From: Octopus sinensis | Lineage: Eukaryota | DNA length: 64,000 nucleotides | Reading direction: 5' to 3' | Assembly: GCF_006345805.1 (NCBI RefSeq) | Contig: NC_042999.1 | Coordinates: 34,534,001-34,598,000, forward strand | In this document: piece after piece, positions 1-12,658 of the stretch | Position numbering within the stretch: position 1 is the stretch's first letter | Layout: the number at the start of each line of letters is the position of its first letter | The notes under the pieces: generated by a model | Seen by the model: only the letters and a program-made list of their open reading frames with translations | Databases searched by the model: none | Told to the model about the DNA's origin: nothing | Translations under genes and position numbers: made by a program

Positions 1-599
1 TTGATAGATAGATAGATACGTTTAGATATACGCAATATAGATATTACTAACTGGCAGCAGAAGATTTAATTCTTTTGAAGCCGGTGAGCTACCAGCTGAT
101 TATTTCAACGTTTCATAGGAAAACAATTTTGTCTGATTAAGAAATATTCTACCTTTATAATTTTCGTCCAGACGTAATACCATAATAATTTTAACGCAAT
201 CAGTGTTTTGACTTATAATAAAGTTTTTCTCGTAAATAAACACTCAGCATGGTACCAGTTAACCGGAAGGTTACTAACTGTTTTCTACCTTGTGGTTTGT
301 AATGTATCATGATATGACTTTACGATTTATGGTGACTCAACATTTAATATAATCCATCATAAGTCTATGAAGAAAACCAGTCGTTGTTCACTATCCATTT
401 CTCCACATTTCACTTTGTCGTACGAGCTAGCCATTCTATCCACACCTTTCTTTAGTAATTCTTATCGTTCTGTCTCTTTTCCATCAAACATTTTAAAAAT
501 ATTCCTATTTCAGGTAACACGTCATCATTCTCTTCTAACGAAGGAAAGTGTCCATCCATTATTTTCAAGACTGTCTATTCATTAACCGTTTATTGTTTA

Positions 600-780
600 T
601 TTAGACACAAGGCAGCGATAATAGGAGGACGGAATTAGTCGATTGATTCCACTGCTTTACTGATAACCTTTTTATAGTCCCTTGAAGAATGAATGGGAGA
701 ATCACCATCATTTGATTTTTAACTTAAAACGTAAAAACTTGTAACTAAATACCGTGAAATATTTTGTCTGACAACTAATA
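600..780 (-). mobile_element. Decayed tRNA-derived SINE (family A)
   Basis: Weak reverse-complement similarity to the family A copies at 24176 and 38203. Confidence 0.4.
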
Positions 781-1019
781 AACCATCCTTCCACATAATT
801 TAATATTTGCATATACACCTACATCGGGTTTCATAGTCAAACACTCTAGCGAATCATCAATTATAAATCCCTACTTCCGTTTCTAGAAGATCAGAGACAT
901 CCCATTGTTCTAAGGAGCAATATAAGTAATTTTCTATCATTTTTCATTTTACCTTTGTTATTAAAATCAGCCTTTCGGGAATAGATGTCAGTATGTTTAC
1001 GATGAGGAAACGAGACTGA

Positions 1020-1145
1020 TAGAATATATCCGAGACTTAAGAACGAATAATAATTGGTGATGTCGATTCGTTCAACTGAAATTCTTCAAGACGATGCCCC
1101 AGCCTAGCCGCATAATAATCACTGAAACAAGTACAAGAATAAAAG
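1020..1145 (+). mobile_element. 3' end of SINE family B
   Basis: ...GATGCCCCAGCCTAGCCGC...ACTGAAACAAGTACAAGAATAAAAGAATA matches the 3' tail of the copy at 31841-32219. Confidence 0.6.
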
Positions 1146-1230
1146 AATATTCTGTATTAACACACACACACACACATGATGTATGTGTGAGTGCATGCAT
1201 GCGTATGTATGCGTGTGCGTGCACATTCCT

Positions 1231-2116
1231 TTGTTTGTGCCTGTGTTAGTGTGTATGTATATATAATGGTTTATTGTAGATATTGTAGATATTTGTATCC
1301 CTGCATATTAGATTCTGAATTACTAGAAAGCATTTTCTTCTAATTCCGTGTCTTAGTGGACACCATTTTTGTAGTAACACTGCAAAATTAGTCGATTGAT
1401 CTAACGTATTGCATTTAATTTAATTTGAGAATTAATTTTGTTACACAATATATTATTTAATTATTAGGTGGTATATTTATTATGTAGTATTAAATTTTAA
1501 GATAATTAGGTATTATATTAATTGATATTTAGTCAACTCTATTTTAGATTGATATGTTAAATCTATAGATACTGCACATGAATATAAATTATATAGTTAG
1601 CTTATTTAATGAGTTTGTCTATATTTGAACCATTTCTTATTTTGATTACAATTTAATAACTTGTACTAGCATTGTGTATATTAATTAATTTTAAAGTATT
1701 CAATAATTTAAGTATTGTTTTAGTTTTCACTTAATGAATATTTAATATTTCATATACATATATATATATATTAAAGTGTATTTATTAATTAATTATTTTA
1801 TTATTCTAGTCTATTTTTAACCTGATGAGTGACTATATTTATATCGAAGTGATTTTACTACAACTATAATTTTTTACTATAATCATTTCTTAAATATAGC
1901 CACGAAACACGTGTCGTTATTCTAATAATTATATACGTTTACATTATTATTTTGCAAGTTACTTAATCATTTGTTTGTGCGTGTGTTAGTGTGTATGTAT
2001 ATATAATGGTTTATTGTAGATATGTCTATCCCTGTATATGAGATTCTGAATTGCTAGAAAGCATTTTCTCCTAATTCCGTGTCTTACTGGACTCCATTTT
2101 TGTAGTAACACTGCAA
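1231..2116 (+). repeat. ~150-bp imperfect direct repeats (1231-1385 and 1971-2116) flanking the AT-rich segment that carries the hammerhead
   Basis: TTGTTTGTGC..GTGTTAGTGTGTATGTATATATAATGGTTTATTGTAGA...GTAGTAACACTGCAA occurs at both positions with scattered substitutions. Confidence 0.9.
1818..1919 (+). ncRNA. Type I hammerhead ribozyme, canonical core, long extended helix II
   Basis: Stem I TAAC(1818-21)/GTTA(1916-19); CTGATGA 1822-28; helix II GTGACTATATTT(1829-40)/AAATATAGCCAC(1892-1903), 11/12 paired with a G-C closing pair; further helix GAAGTGATT(1846-54)/AATCATTTC(1881-89); GAAA 1904-07; palindromic stem III ACACGTGT; GTC cleavage triplet ending at 1915. Confidence 0.78.
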
Positions 2117-3219
2117 TAGTTTCTTCAAAATGAAAAATAAATGCAATTGCAATGAGCCTATCGTAAAAGTGAAACAACGGGCATGTGGAATTCCAACACT
2201 ATATATGTAAATTTTCTGATGATAAATTCTAATTAAATGTTAAATTATTTTAAATAAACGATTCGTGATATAAATCTACCGGATAGAAATTAATTTTTTT
2301 TTTCAGAATAATATCGTGGTGTAATTTCTATTTTATGCGATAATCATTCGATATATTGCGCTTAAAATATTATTAGTATCGTAAACAGAGATGCTCATGT
2401 CCGTCACATAACCAGATCAAGATTAATTTAAAGTAATTTAGTTTTATATCTTTTAATCAAGCATGGAAATTCAGCACTTACCACCAAATGTGCACGATTG
2501 ATTAAGTCTACTACATATGTAAGCCAAAATGGTATTTGAAATCAGTATCCCAAGATACAGAACGAATACTGTAAAGCAAAGCACATGTTCCATCAGCTTT
2601 TTTTGTTTTGTTTTTTTTTTAGTTGAATGGTAGCAACCACCATCGAAGCGGTACTATGCTCTCGGCTCCTAAGTATTGACATTTTAAACTTGACCGGCGT
2701 GGAAAATTAGTGTTTTTCCTTTTTTATTTCGCTAAAGGGAAACATAGAAGATATGACAGCGGTGACGAGTTACATATGCCGTAAATGCACTTCGATTTAC
2801 TGAATACAGTTCTTGCTATCAGTTAAAAATCTTTGAAGTAGCTAAACTATTTTACAAAGTCTTTCAGTGAAATCAGCTAATACTGCTTGTTGTAAGGTAA
2901 GTATATTATTTTCTACCTGAATAATTTTTGATAAAACACAATTTTGAAGTTAAGAAACAAATATTGTAAAAGCATTATATGTGAATATTGTCTCTGCTGA
3001 ACTTACTAATCGAAGGTGCACGAAATGCACTTTTCAATAATTGAAAAGGGACATTTTATGTCAACGTATGAATAAAATCAATATAAACTTAGTAAGCAGA
3101 AATATTTACGGTTAGATTTTAAGCTTTGATAAATCGTTGTCATAAATTCCAGTAGCTGCACTACATGACTTTCCTGGTATTTCATTCCACAGAAATATTT
3201 CTCTCAATTCGCAGTTCAT

Positions 3220-3430
3220 ATTCTCATTGTAAAGCAAATGCCATCATCCGTGACATCCAGACTACAGTGAAGAAGACAAGCCAAATGACAACGAGCAATG
3301 GATAGAAGAATAATGAGAGAAACCTAATGACAGTTGATCTAGCAAGTAGGCCTCACTTCGGTGTAGGTAGGTAGGGGCGTAGTTCGCAACGATACCATCG
3401 AGAGAAAGGCCCCGCAACGGCGATCATTTT
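3220..3430 (+). mobile_element. Possible highly decayed RTE LINE 3' end
   Basis: Frameshifted translation loosely resembles the RTE C-terminal 'AKTILQG..RRRGRQRKRW' region. Confidence 0.25.
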
Positions 3431-3819
3431 CTCCTGATGATCCCATAAATTTGCAAGCTACCAGTAAGTGGCGCTTTCAACTGGTAGCTTTGTACCCGCA
3501 AGTTGTTAGTCAAAAATCAAATAACAAACAGATATTACGCAAGGTCAGCATAGAGAAGTAAAAAATAGAGCATCAACAAGAAATACTGGAAACATAGAAG
3601 CGTTAAGTACCGTTAATTTTTACCTAACTCAAAATGTCACCAAAGAATTGATCGATCGAATAACATGTTCTGTGGTTAGCACGATCAAAAACGAATTGAA
3701 ATTTTACATGGAATAAAAGTGAGTGGCACCCTAGTAATAGATAATATGCCATAATAGTTTTGTGCTGTTATTCTATCTAAAGAGGCTTCTACCTTCGATA
3801 CTTGTAACTTTAAGCATTG

Positions 3820-4040
<221 letters not shown>

Positions 4041-4186
4041 GTCTCCAACGGAAAGCAGTAGAAGGGGTCGATAAAACCTATGCTTTCAACGACTGAACTT
4101 TTGAAAGAGGGCAATTCCAGATGGATTGGCTATGTGGGTGCCTTTTCAAGCAATATCTGGGCTGATGATTTGTTTGTGTGTGTGTG

Positions 4187-4286
4187 TGAGAGAGAGAAAG
4201 AGTGAGTGAGTGGATGCATTTATAGGCACACACACTTACACATACACACACATACATACATACATACATACATACATACATGCATG

Positions 4287-4318
<32 letters not shown>

Positions 4319-4344
4319 CATACATACATACATACATATATATA

Positions 4345-4418
<74 letters not shown>

Positions 4419-5593
4419 CAAAATAGGAGGCTATAAGATATGCCCAAGAACTCACCACCATATAATGCACTATTTTTCTATTAACTGCATTACATAGGAT
4501 GTTATATATATATATGTGTCCATACACCCTCAAAATTGTTAGAAAAAAGATACCACAACCGAAGAGGCGCTTAAACGATTCTCCATTTCCCAGTACATTT
4601 TATTTTTTGTATGTTGAGAGAACAATGTTATAACATATTCTGAAAATATGGCAGTTCATTCATGTTTGGAATTTACGTCGTTTCAATTCTTCAATATATG
4701 TTAGATTCTCTGTCGTTTAATATAAGCCAAACAGATTGTCTGTTGACTTAATGTTTATATCACTTCATAACAAAATATTTCAAAACAGATATGATTATTC
4801 CATTGAAACATAAGTTTAGTTGTATGTGGCAATAAAAATAATCTAAATTAAGAATCGTTGCACCATGTAAAGACGTTTAGCTCCTTTAATCCGGTTTTAC
4901 ATTCTGAGTTCAAATTCCGGCCGCGGTCGACTTTACCTTTCATTCTTTTGGAGGTCTATAAAATAATTACCAGTTTAGAACTGGGTTCGATGTAATCGAC
5001 ATAGCCCGTCCTCTAAAATTGCTGGCTTTATACCAAAGTTTCACGCCAATATTTTAAATTGTGTTTTACATGAATTAAACGATACTATTTCTATATACGG
5101 AAAACTTTAGTATAACATTGAGAGATGTTACCAATAAATATGACCTACAGAAAAGTGCTACGTATATTTCGAGCTTAATAAATACCTTGTTAGCTAATGT
5201 TCTGAGTATCTGTATGTAATTAAATATTTTGAACCTTTACCGTCATGGTTTGTCGTCAAGTGCTCGCGGTTCATGACACAACTGTAATTTGTATTTTCTT
5301 AGGTAATTTTCCATTTGGTCTGTTGTTGGTTAACGTACGTCTTTAGCATGAAAAAGTCATATAAATTCATAGTAGCAATTATCTGTAGTGCCTTCTAGGT
5401 ATTGATTGTATAGTAGGTATTAAAACATTTCAATCAAAATGGCGGACGCCAACTTGTGCAGAGGTTATTCTATGATTGATTTTGTATAGTTTATACAATT
5501 ATTCGTTAACATTCTACGTAAAACTTGTGCAATGGGGAACACAAGGGATGCAAGATAACTAACAAGGATTGGGCAATATGCGTTTGCATTTGT

Positions 5594-5635
<42 letters not shown>

Positions 5636-5746
5636 TATATAAAGAGAGAGAGAGAGAAAGAGTGAGTGAGTGGATGCATTTATAGGCACACACACTTACA
5701 CATACACACACATACATACATACATACATACATACATACATGCATG

Positions 5747-5778
<32 letters not shown>

Positions 5779-5795
5779 CATACATACATACATAC

Positions 5796-5880
<85 letters not shown>

Positions 5881-7060
5881 AATTTCAAAATAGGAGGCTA
5901 TAAGATATGCCCAAGAACTCACCACCATATAATGCACATTTTTCTATTAACTGCATTACATAGGATGTTATATATATATATGTGTCCATACACCCTCAAA
6001 ATTGTTAGAAAAAAGATACCACAACCGAAGAGGCGCTTAAACGATTCTCCATTTCCCAGTACATTTTATTTTTTGTATGTTGAGAGAACAATGTTATAAC
6101 ATATTCTGAAAATATGGCAGTTCATTCATGTTTGGAATTTACGTCGTTTCAATTCTTCAATATATGTTAGATTCTCTGTCGTTTAATATAAGCCAAACAG
6201 ATTGTCTGTTGACTTAATGTTTATATCACTTCATAACAAAATATTTCAAAACAGATATGATTATTCCATTGAAACATAAGTTTAGTTGTATGTGGCAATA
6301 AAAATAATCTAAATTAAGAATCGTTGCACCATGTAAAGACGTTTAGCTCCTTTAATCCGGTTTTACATTCTGAGTTCAAATTCCGCCGCGGTCGACTTTA
6401 CCTTTCATTCTTTTGGAGGTCTATAAAATAATTACCAGTTTAGAACTGGGTTCGATGTAATCGACATAGCCCGTCCTCTAAAATTGCTGGCTTTATACCA
6501 AAGTTTCACGCCAATATTTTAAATTGTGTTTTACATGAATTAAACGATACTATTTCTATATACGGAAAACTTTAGTATAACATTGAGAGATGTTACCAAA
6601 TAAATATGACCTACAGAAAAGTGCTACGTATATTTCGAGCTTAATAAATACCTTGTTAGCTAATGTTCTGAGTATCTGTATGTAATTAAATATTTTGAAC
6701 CTTTACCGTCATGGTTTGTCGTCAAGTGCTCGCGGTTCATGACACAACTGTAATTTGTATTTTCTTAGGTAATTTTCCATTTGGTCTGTTGTTGGTTAAC
6801 GTACGTCTTTAGCATGAAAAAGTCATATAAATTCATAGGTAGCAATTATCTGTAGTGCCTTCTAGGTATTGATTGTATAGTAGGTATTAAAACATTTCAA
6901 TCAAAATGGCGGACGCCAACTTGTGCAGAGGTTATTCTATGATTGATTTTGTATAGTTTATACAATTATTCGTTAACATTCTACGTAAAACTTGTGCAAT
7001 GGGGAACACAAGGGATGCAAGATAACTAACAAGGATTGGGCAATATGCGTTTGCATTTGT

Positions 7061-7105
<45 letters not shown>

Positions 7106-7126
7106 ATAAAGAGAGAGAGAGAGAAA
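4187..7126 (+). repeat. Head-to-tail tandem duplication, period 1460 bp
   Basis: TGGATGCATTTATAGGC at 4211 and 5671; units near-identical; junctions lie in (GA)n tracts; each unit contains a decayed family A SINE (~4855-5035 and ~6324-6505). Confidence 0.95.
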
Positions 7127-7183
7127 GGAAGAAAGAGAGAGGGAGAAAGATAGATTGATAGATAGATAGATAGATAGATAGAT

Positions 7184-7226
<43 letters not shown>

Positions 7227-7499
7227 TAGATATATATGCATATATGTGTATATTTACATATACGTATACGTATAAACACTCACGACCTCATTCACACACC
7301 CATACACATGTGTGTATGCGTGTGGGGGGTGTCTGTGTATATGAAGTCATTCAGGAGAACCGATCTTATTTTCATTTCCCAGTGTCAAGAGCGGAAACAC
7401 ATCAACTTCAAATGTCTAACGTGTCTTCATTGTAGAGATGGAAAGATTTCTCTTGAATTGGATAAACAGTGGTGGTAGAAAACGTAGGAAAGTTGTTGC

Positions 7500-7890
7500 T
7501 AAAAGTCGCGGCTGAGGTGATAAACGTACTGTTTGTTCTAGCAGTATTGGTTGCATTTGTAAGTGATGGAAGTCGCTTTAGTTGAAATGGCAGAGATGGT
7601 TGTCAGAGTAATGTGGTGGTGTGGAGGGTTGTAAAGGGTGGTAGTTGTTGGGGGAATGGTGATGACAATAGTAACGTCGTGCTAGTGATGATGGTGGTTG
7701 TAATAGAAGCGCTAGTGTTAATATTTGCAGTAGTGTCAATGGTGGTGGTGGTGGTGGTGGTTGCGTTGGTGCTTGTGGTGGCGGTAATGATGGCACTGCT
7801 GTTACTGAAGCTGATGCTGGTGGTTGTAATGGTTGGTGAAGCGATAGCGGTATTGTGCTGAATGGTTGGGTGCATGGAAAATGGAATACG
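7500..7890. repeat. Decayed GGT/GTN low-complexity tract
   Basis: Trinucleotide-like composition; gives poly-Thr/Val/Pro ORFs with no splice or start context. Confidence 0.75.
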
Positions 7891-7964
7891 GTGGAATGGA
7901 GTATGAAGGAACATCTAAAAAAACACATTATTTATTGTATATTATGTGTACTATACCCTTTTAT

Positions 7965-8240
7965 TATGTACTTGCTTCAATCATTCAACTACAGTCATTT
8001 TGAGGTATCACCTTGATTGGGTTAAATCGAAAGAATCGACTCGGGTACTTATTTTATAAAGCCAGAAACCGTTTCTATAGACTAAATTTGACGAACTGCT
8101 AGTTTATGGGTATGGAAATAGACCAACACCGGTTGTCCAGCGGTTGTGGTGAGCAAACATAAACACAAAGACACTCACACACACTTAGTATACCACAGGC
8201 TTCTTTCAGTTTCTGCCTACCAAACTCATTCACAATGTTG
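7965..8240 (-). mobile_element. Decayed SINE family B
   Basis: Reverse complement aligns with the body and head-proximal part of 31841-32219 (AAACACAAAGACAC...GGCTTCTTTCAGTTTCTGCCTACCAAACTCATTCACAA). Confidence 0.7.
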
Positions 8241-8269
8241 TAAGTGTACTATATAGGATTATAAAGTGT

Positions 8270-9170
8270 GTGATATAATATATTGCTGCTCAGATAGACA
8301 CATCTGCGACGCATCATCTCATTTTACAGAAGCTGCCCGATACTGTAAGTTTAAAGAAAATGGAAGTTCAACATCAACCCGATCCACAGTAAGAATACCA
8401 TATCTCTCACATCTCCATCGTGCAAGACTGAACAAAAGACAGTCAAATACTTCTCCTTGTTCGGCTGCATCATTTCGTCAGATGTTAAAATCGACAATAA
8501 AATTTACAACAGACTGGTCAATGCAAACAGTGCCTCCAACTAACTTTACAAATTGTCTGCAACGTTAACCAACTGAAGGTCAATACGTACAGATCCGCCA
8601 TTCTGACCAACCTCTTATTGCCGGTCGTCATTTTTAGGTACCACCTACATCTTTAATCGATACCATCAGGAGCACTGCCTTTGCATCGACCTAAGTATCT
8701 ACCGAATGGCATTGCCGCTAACAACGTAGTCCTAGAACATACAAAGGACACCACCATCAAAGAAAGTGAGCTGAAGCGGCAGCTACGCTGGTAGAATATG
8801 TTGCTTTGATGGAGGACCATCGAATTCCCAAGATCATGGTATATCGGTATACCCTCCTCTGATCACTTTGGTGGAACACCAAAAAATTACCAGGTCCCCC
8901 TATATAAATCACTCGGCACCCGTTACATTGTCACCACCATTGTCTGATCTTGCCGTTCTCCGTAAAGCTTGGTTTCTCAGTCTTCCAGATAACGGTGTAC
9001 TTTGAAGATACACAAAGAAACATCCTCATAGACAAAAGAAAATGGAGGTAAAAACAATGATCCTATGACTGGAGCAGCCCACATTCCATGCCATCTGCAT
9101 GGTGGTGCATTCCTGTTTCAAATTGGACTCGTCAGACATCAGCAAACCTCCAACAGACTTGCACATCCGT
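8270..9170 (+). mobile_element. RTE-clade LINE, 3' fragment, decayed
   Basis: Translated pieces KYFSLFGCIISSDVKIDNKIYNRLVNANSA, LKRQLRW and MEDHRIPKIM match the RTE ORF2 C-terminal half; many stops and frameshifts. Confidence 0.75.
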
Positions 9171-9380
9171 AAATATTTGCTTGGGAAGCTAAACCACCAT
9201 ATCATATAACATCTAACACAATATACTCTCTTATGTAACTCTTACATTTTAAAATATGTATGCGTGTGAGCGTGTTTGTGTTTGTGGCTTGTGTATATAT
9301 ATGTGTGTGTGTATGTGTGTGTGTGTGTTGTGTGTGTGTGTGTGGTGTGTGTGTGTGTGTGTGTGTGTGTGCGTAAAGTA

Positions 9381-11573
9381 AAAGGTGTACAGTGAACTTG
9401 CCGTGAGGAGTGTAATATCTAACGTTTCGGATTCAATCCTCCGTCAGAGGGCAGAGAAAAAGCGAAGAAAATGATAAGAACATCCAAACAAAGTTAACAT
9501 CTTCTCAGCTTGAAACACTAGCTGCAACTGATAAGGAACACAGAATAACACAGGCTGCTAACGTGACACAGAAGTTATGCAGAAAGGGAAGTAAATACTT
9601 TTATCTTCCTACCTCGACAAACTTTTATCCCCTCTCGTCACTGCTATACCTTCACATATGCACTACACGTCTTCAACGCATTCTCTTTTCCATCTGGAGT
9701 ATCCAAACTCCTTTTCATGATGGCCATTAAATCTTTGTACAGAGTCATCCCTCACAATGACTGTCTACTAGCACTGAAACACTTCTTAGACCGTCGTTCT
9801 ACACCTGAACACAGCGCTAATACACGCCTCCACCTAGCTAAACCCGTCTTAACACTCAATTGATTTTCCTTCTCTGGTGAATGCTATAAGTATGTCAGTG
9901 GTGTAGCTATGGGCACCGGGATGGGCCCAAATTTTGCCAACCTCTTTGTATGTTATATAGAGGAGCAAATCTTTGCTCTCTTCTCTGGACCTATCCTAAA
10001 GATTTATGGTCGTTACATTGACGACTGTATTGGCGCCACAAGCCTTAACATATTTTATTTCTTTTGTTAACACATTTCACCCAGCCTTGGAATACACCCA
10101 CACCATATCTGATACCTCTGTTTGCTTTCTTGACATCGCCGTCAAAATACACAAAACTCCACCTCTGTTTACTGTAAACCTACTGGCTCCCATTCCTACC
10201 TCCCCTACTCTTCCTCTCATCCCAAACACATTAAATCTGCTATACACTTCTCTCAATTTATTCGCCATCGAAGATTTTGCAGCCTCGATTCGGATTTCGA
10301 TTCCCATTGCAAAACGATGCGACAGTTCTTTTTTGTCTTCTAAATCGAGAGTATCCTCCATCAATAGTCGACGTGGCACTCCCCCGAGCCCGACCATCAA
10401 CCACATCGCAGCTCTCCTACCATATTCACGCACTTCCACTGACCGTATTCCACTCTCTCTCAACTACCACCCGTCCATCCACCCTCTAAAGCATAAACTC
10501 ACAATAGATCGCCCCTATTTTTTACACCACGTCTCCTGTCTTTTAAAACAGATAGGAGTCTTAGAAATGTCCTTGTTAGAAGCTGCACATCTCCCAGCTC
10601 CGCAAAACCGGGGGACCTTTAAATATTCCGCCGACGATGTAACACATGCCCCTACATCAACAATATTACCACCACCAGGGGCCAAAGAAGCAACATCACA
10701 TAACACACCACTTATGTTGCACTTCGGCGAATCTTATATATTGCACTGTATGCACACTCTGCGGAACTCTTTACATTAGAGAAACAGGGCAACGCCTTGG
10801 GGATCGTTTTCGCGAACACATCAGAAGCATAATGCTTCGTATAACAGGCCAACCTGTCGCCACCTATTTCAACATTGTGAATCATTCTATTAGAGATTTA
10901 TCAGTGTGTGATATGACCTTGCACCACGGATCCCCCTTCTCTAGGAAATGAAAGGACCAAAGTCTCATATTTGATCTTGACACTATGTGCCCAACAGGTA
11001 TGAATGAACGTTTTTCCTTTCATCCTTTCACCGCCTCCTAATTCTTTTTGACCCTTTTTAATCCTACTTCCACAGTCTCTCTGTAACATTCCCGCATTTA
11101 CTTACCTCCACTTTCTCCATCAACCTTTTCCTTCTCCTTTCTGCACACTCTCTCCTATAACTTCTGTTTCACTCGAGCAACTCGTGTTATTCTGCGTCCA
11201 TTATCAGTTGCAGCCAGTTTTTCAAGCTGAGAGGATGTTAAATTCCTACCTTTCTTCTCTTTTTCTTTGTCCCCTGACGAAGGATTGAATCCGAAACGTT
11301 GGATTTTCCTCTCCTCACGGCAAATTCACTGTACACCTTTCACATTTTTCCATATTATTTCAATTCTTGCCCACGCAAAAATTGCCTGATTATACGTTTT
11401 TCCTTTCATCCTTTCACCGTCTCCTAATTCTTTTTGACCTTTTTTAATCCTACTTCCACAGTCTCTCTGTAACATTCTCGCATTTACTTACCTCCACTTT
11501 CTCTATCACCCTTTTTCTTCTCATTTCTACACGCCCTCTCCTATAACTTCTGTTTCACGCGAGCAACTCGTGC
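9381..11573 (+). mobile_element. Penelope-like element (Neptune-type), 5'-truncated and decayed, with inverted 5' pLTR and partial tandem 3' repeat
   Basis: RT motifs GVAMGTGMGPNFANLF and GRYIDD (~9895-10030); GIY-YIG with CxxC: ANLIYCTVCTLCGTLYIRETGQRLGDRFREH (10646-10951); inverted repeat 9381-9580/11157-11340; direct repeat 11008-11186/11395-11573. Confidence 0.92.
11271..11303 (+). ncRNA. Minimal (dimer-type) hammerhead motif in the PLE pLTR
   Basis: CTGACGA 11274-80, A, GGA/TCC helix II, GAAA 11293-96, palindromic AACGTT stem III; only 2-bp stem I and a GUU triplet. The inverted copy at 9418-9450 (minus strand) has core CTGACGG. Confidence 0.65.
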
Positions 11574-11579
11574 TCACAC

Positions 11580-11754
11580 ACGTTGTGATGGCCAGATAAC
11601 CGAAGATATGGTGGTGTGGATTTCCACCTCGGCATCCGAAACTCAGTGTTTTATCTTGGCTACTGAATAATTGTCACATATTATTTTAGAGATAAATTCC
11701 TATATTTACATAATATTGAGGTCTCTTCTTTCTTTTGTTATCTTACCGTTTTTA

Positions 11755-11757
<3 letters not shown>
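11580..11757 (+). mobile_element. Non-autonomous PLE-type terminal repeat with degenerate hammerhead (family HH3)
   Basis: AGATAA(11594-99)/TTATCT(11651-56) stem I, core CCGAAGA, GAAA 11638-41, CTCAGTG stem III; downstream TGGCTACTGAATAATTGTCACATATTAT shared with the 15396 copy; ends in (TA)n. Confidence 0.65.
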
Positions 11758-11821
<64 letters not shown>

Positions 11822-12427
11822 CGCTACTGCTGACGAAGGCTTCATTATGATAGAGTGAAACGGGTTTAATAGAGTGCGTTTGCCATTACGGTATAATTAT
11901 AAACAACTAGTAGTAGCTGTATCAGGAACAAATTTGTAGAAATTAACAAATCACAACCAAAGTGAGAACTATACCCTGTAGTATTCCTCCAAGCTGAATA
12001 TTTGTAAATCACTTCATTCCATGCAATGGGACCTGTATCAATATACATTCCGCAGCAGAATACATCGAAATTGATTAGTAATGTGAGCAACTAATGAAAA
12101 GCAATGAACAAAAGCCTTCCAATGCAAATTTGTGTTTATCTGTAATTTTATCTATTGTTAAATAATCAAGTATTCAAATGATACATTTCCAGACATACTT
12201 TCCTTCCTAACGAAGCAATTTATTTATTTCACAAAGCCAGACAATCTTTTACTTTGTTCAATGACGCCATGTCATATGCCCAACATCTATAAGTACATCT
12301 TAATTGTGAGGTGCACATCACACACACGCGTCCTCACACACGCACACCTAATTTCTATTTATTTCAGAAGTAGTCATCGTTGTAGTGGTAGTAGTGGCAT
12401 ATTTTGTTGTTATTATTATCATTAAGA

Positions 12428-12640
12428 AGGCGGCGAGCTGGCAGAATCGTTATCTCGCTGAGCGAATTGTTAACCGTATTTCTTCTGTCGCTACGTTCTG
12501 AGTTGAACTTCCGCCGAGGTCGATTTTTCTTTTCATCCATTGGGGTTGGCAAACTAAGTACCAGTGAAACACTGGGGTTGATGTAACTGGCTAGTCTCCT
12601 CCCCCAAAGTAGCTACCGTTGTGATAAAATTTGAAACGAT
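12428..12640 (+). mobile_element. tRNA-derived SINE family A
   Basis: GGCGGCGAGCTGGCAGAATCG head; GTTCTGAGTTGAACTTCCGCCGAGGTCGA body shared with other copies. Confidence 0.85.
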
Positions 12641-12658
12641 TATTATTATTATTATTAT

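Noticed and set aside
2737-2902. Strong AAG|GTAAGT donor at 2896
   Set aside because: The longer upstream acceptor choices hit stops and the short ones give nothing recognisable; it could be a non-coding exon but is unsupported
7578-7928. Mucin-like Thr/Ser-rich and Pro-rich ORFs
   Set aside because: Open in several frames on both strands because of a decayed GGT-type repeat; no splice context
11826-11870. CTGACGA...GAAACGGGTT hammerhead-like motif
   Set aside because: Core words are present but stem I does not pair and helix II is weak; at best a decayed remnant
11866-12090. 74-aa minus-strand ORF (LLTLLINFDVFCCGMYIDTGPIAW...)
   Set aside because: No recognisable domain and no convincing donor site
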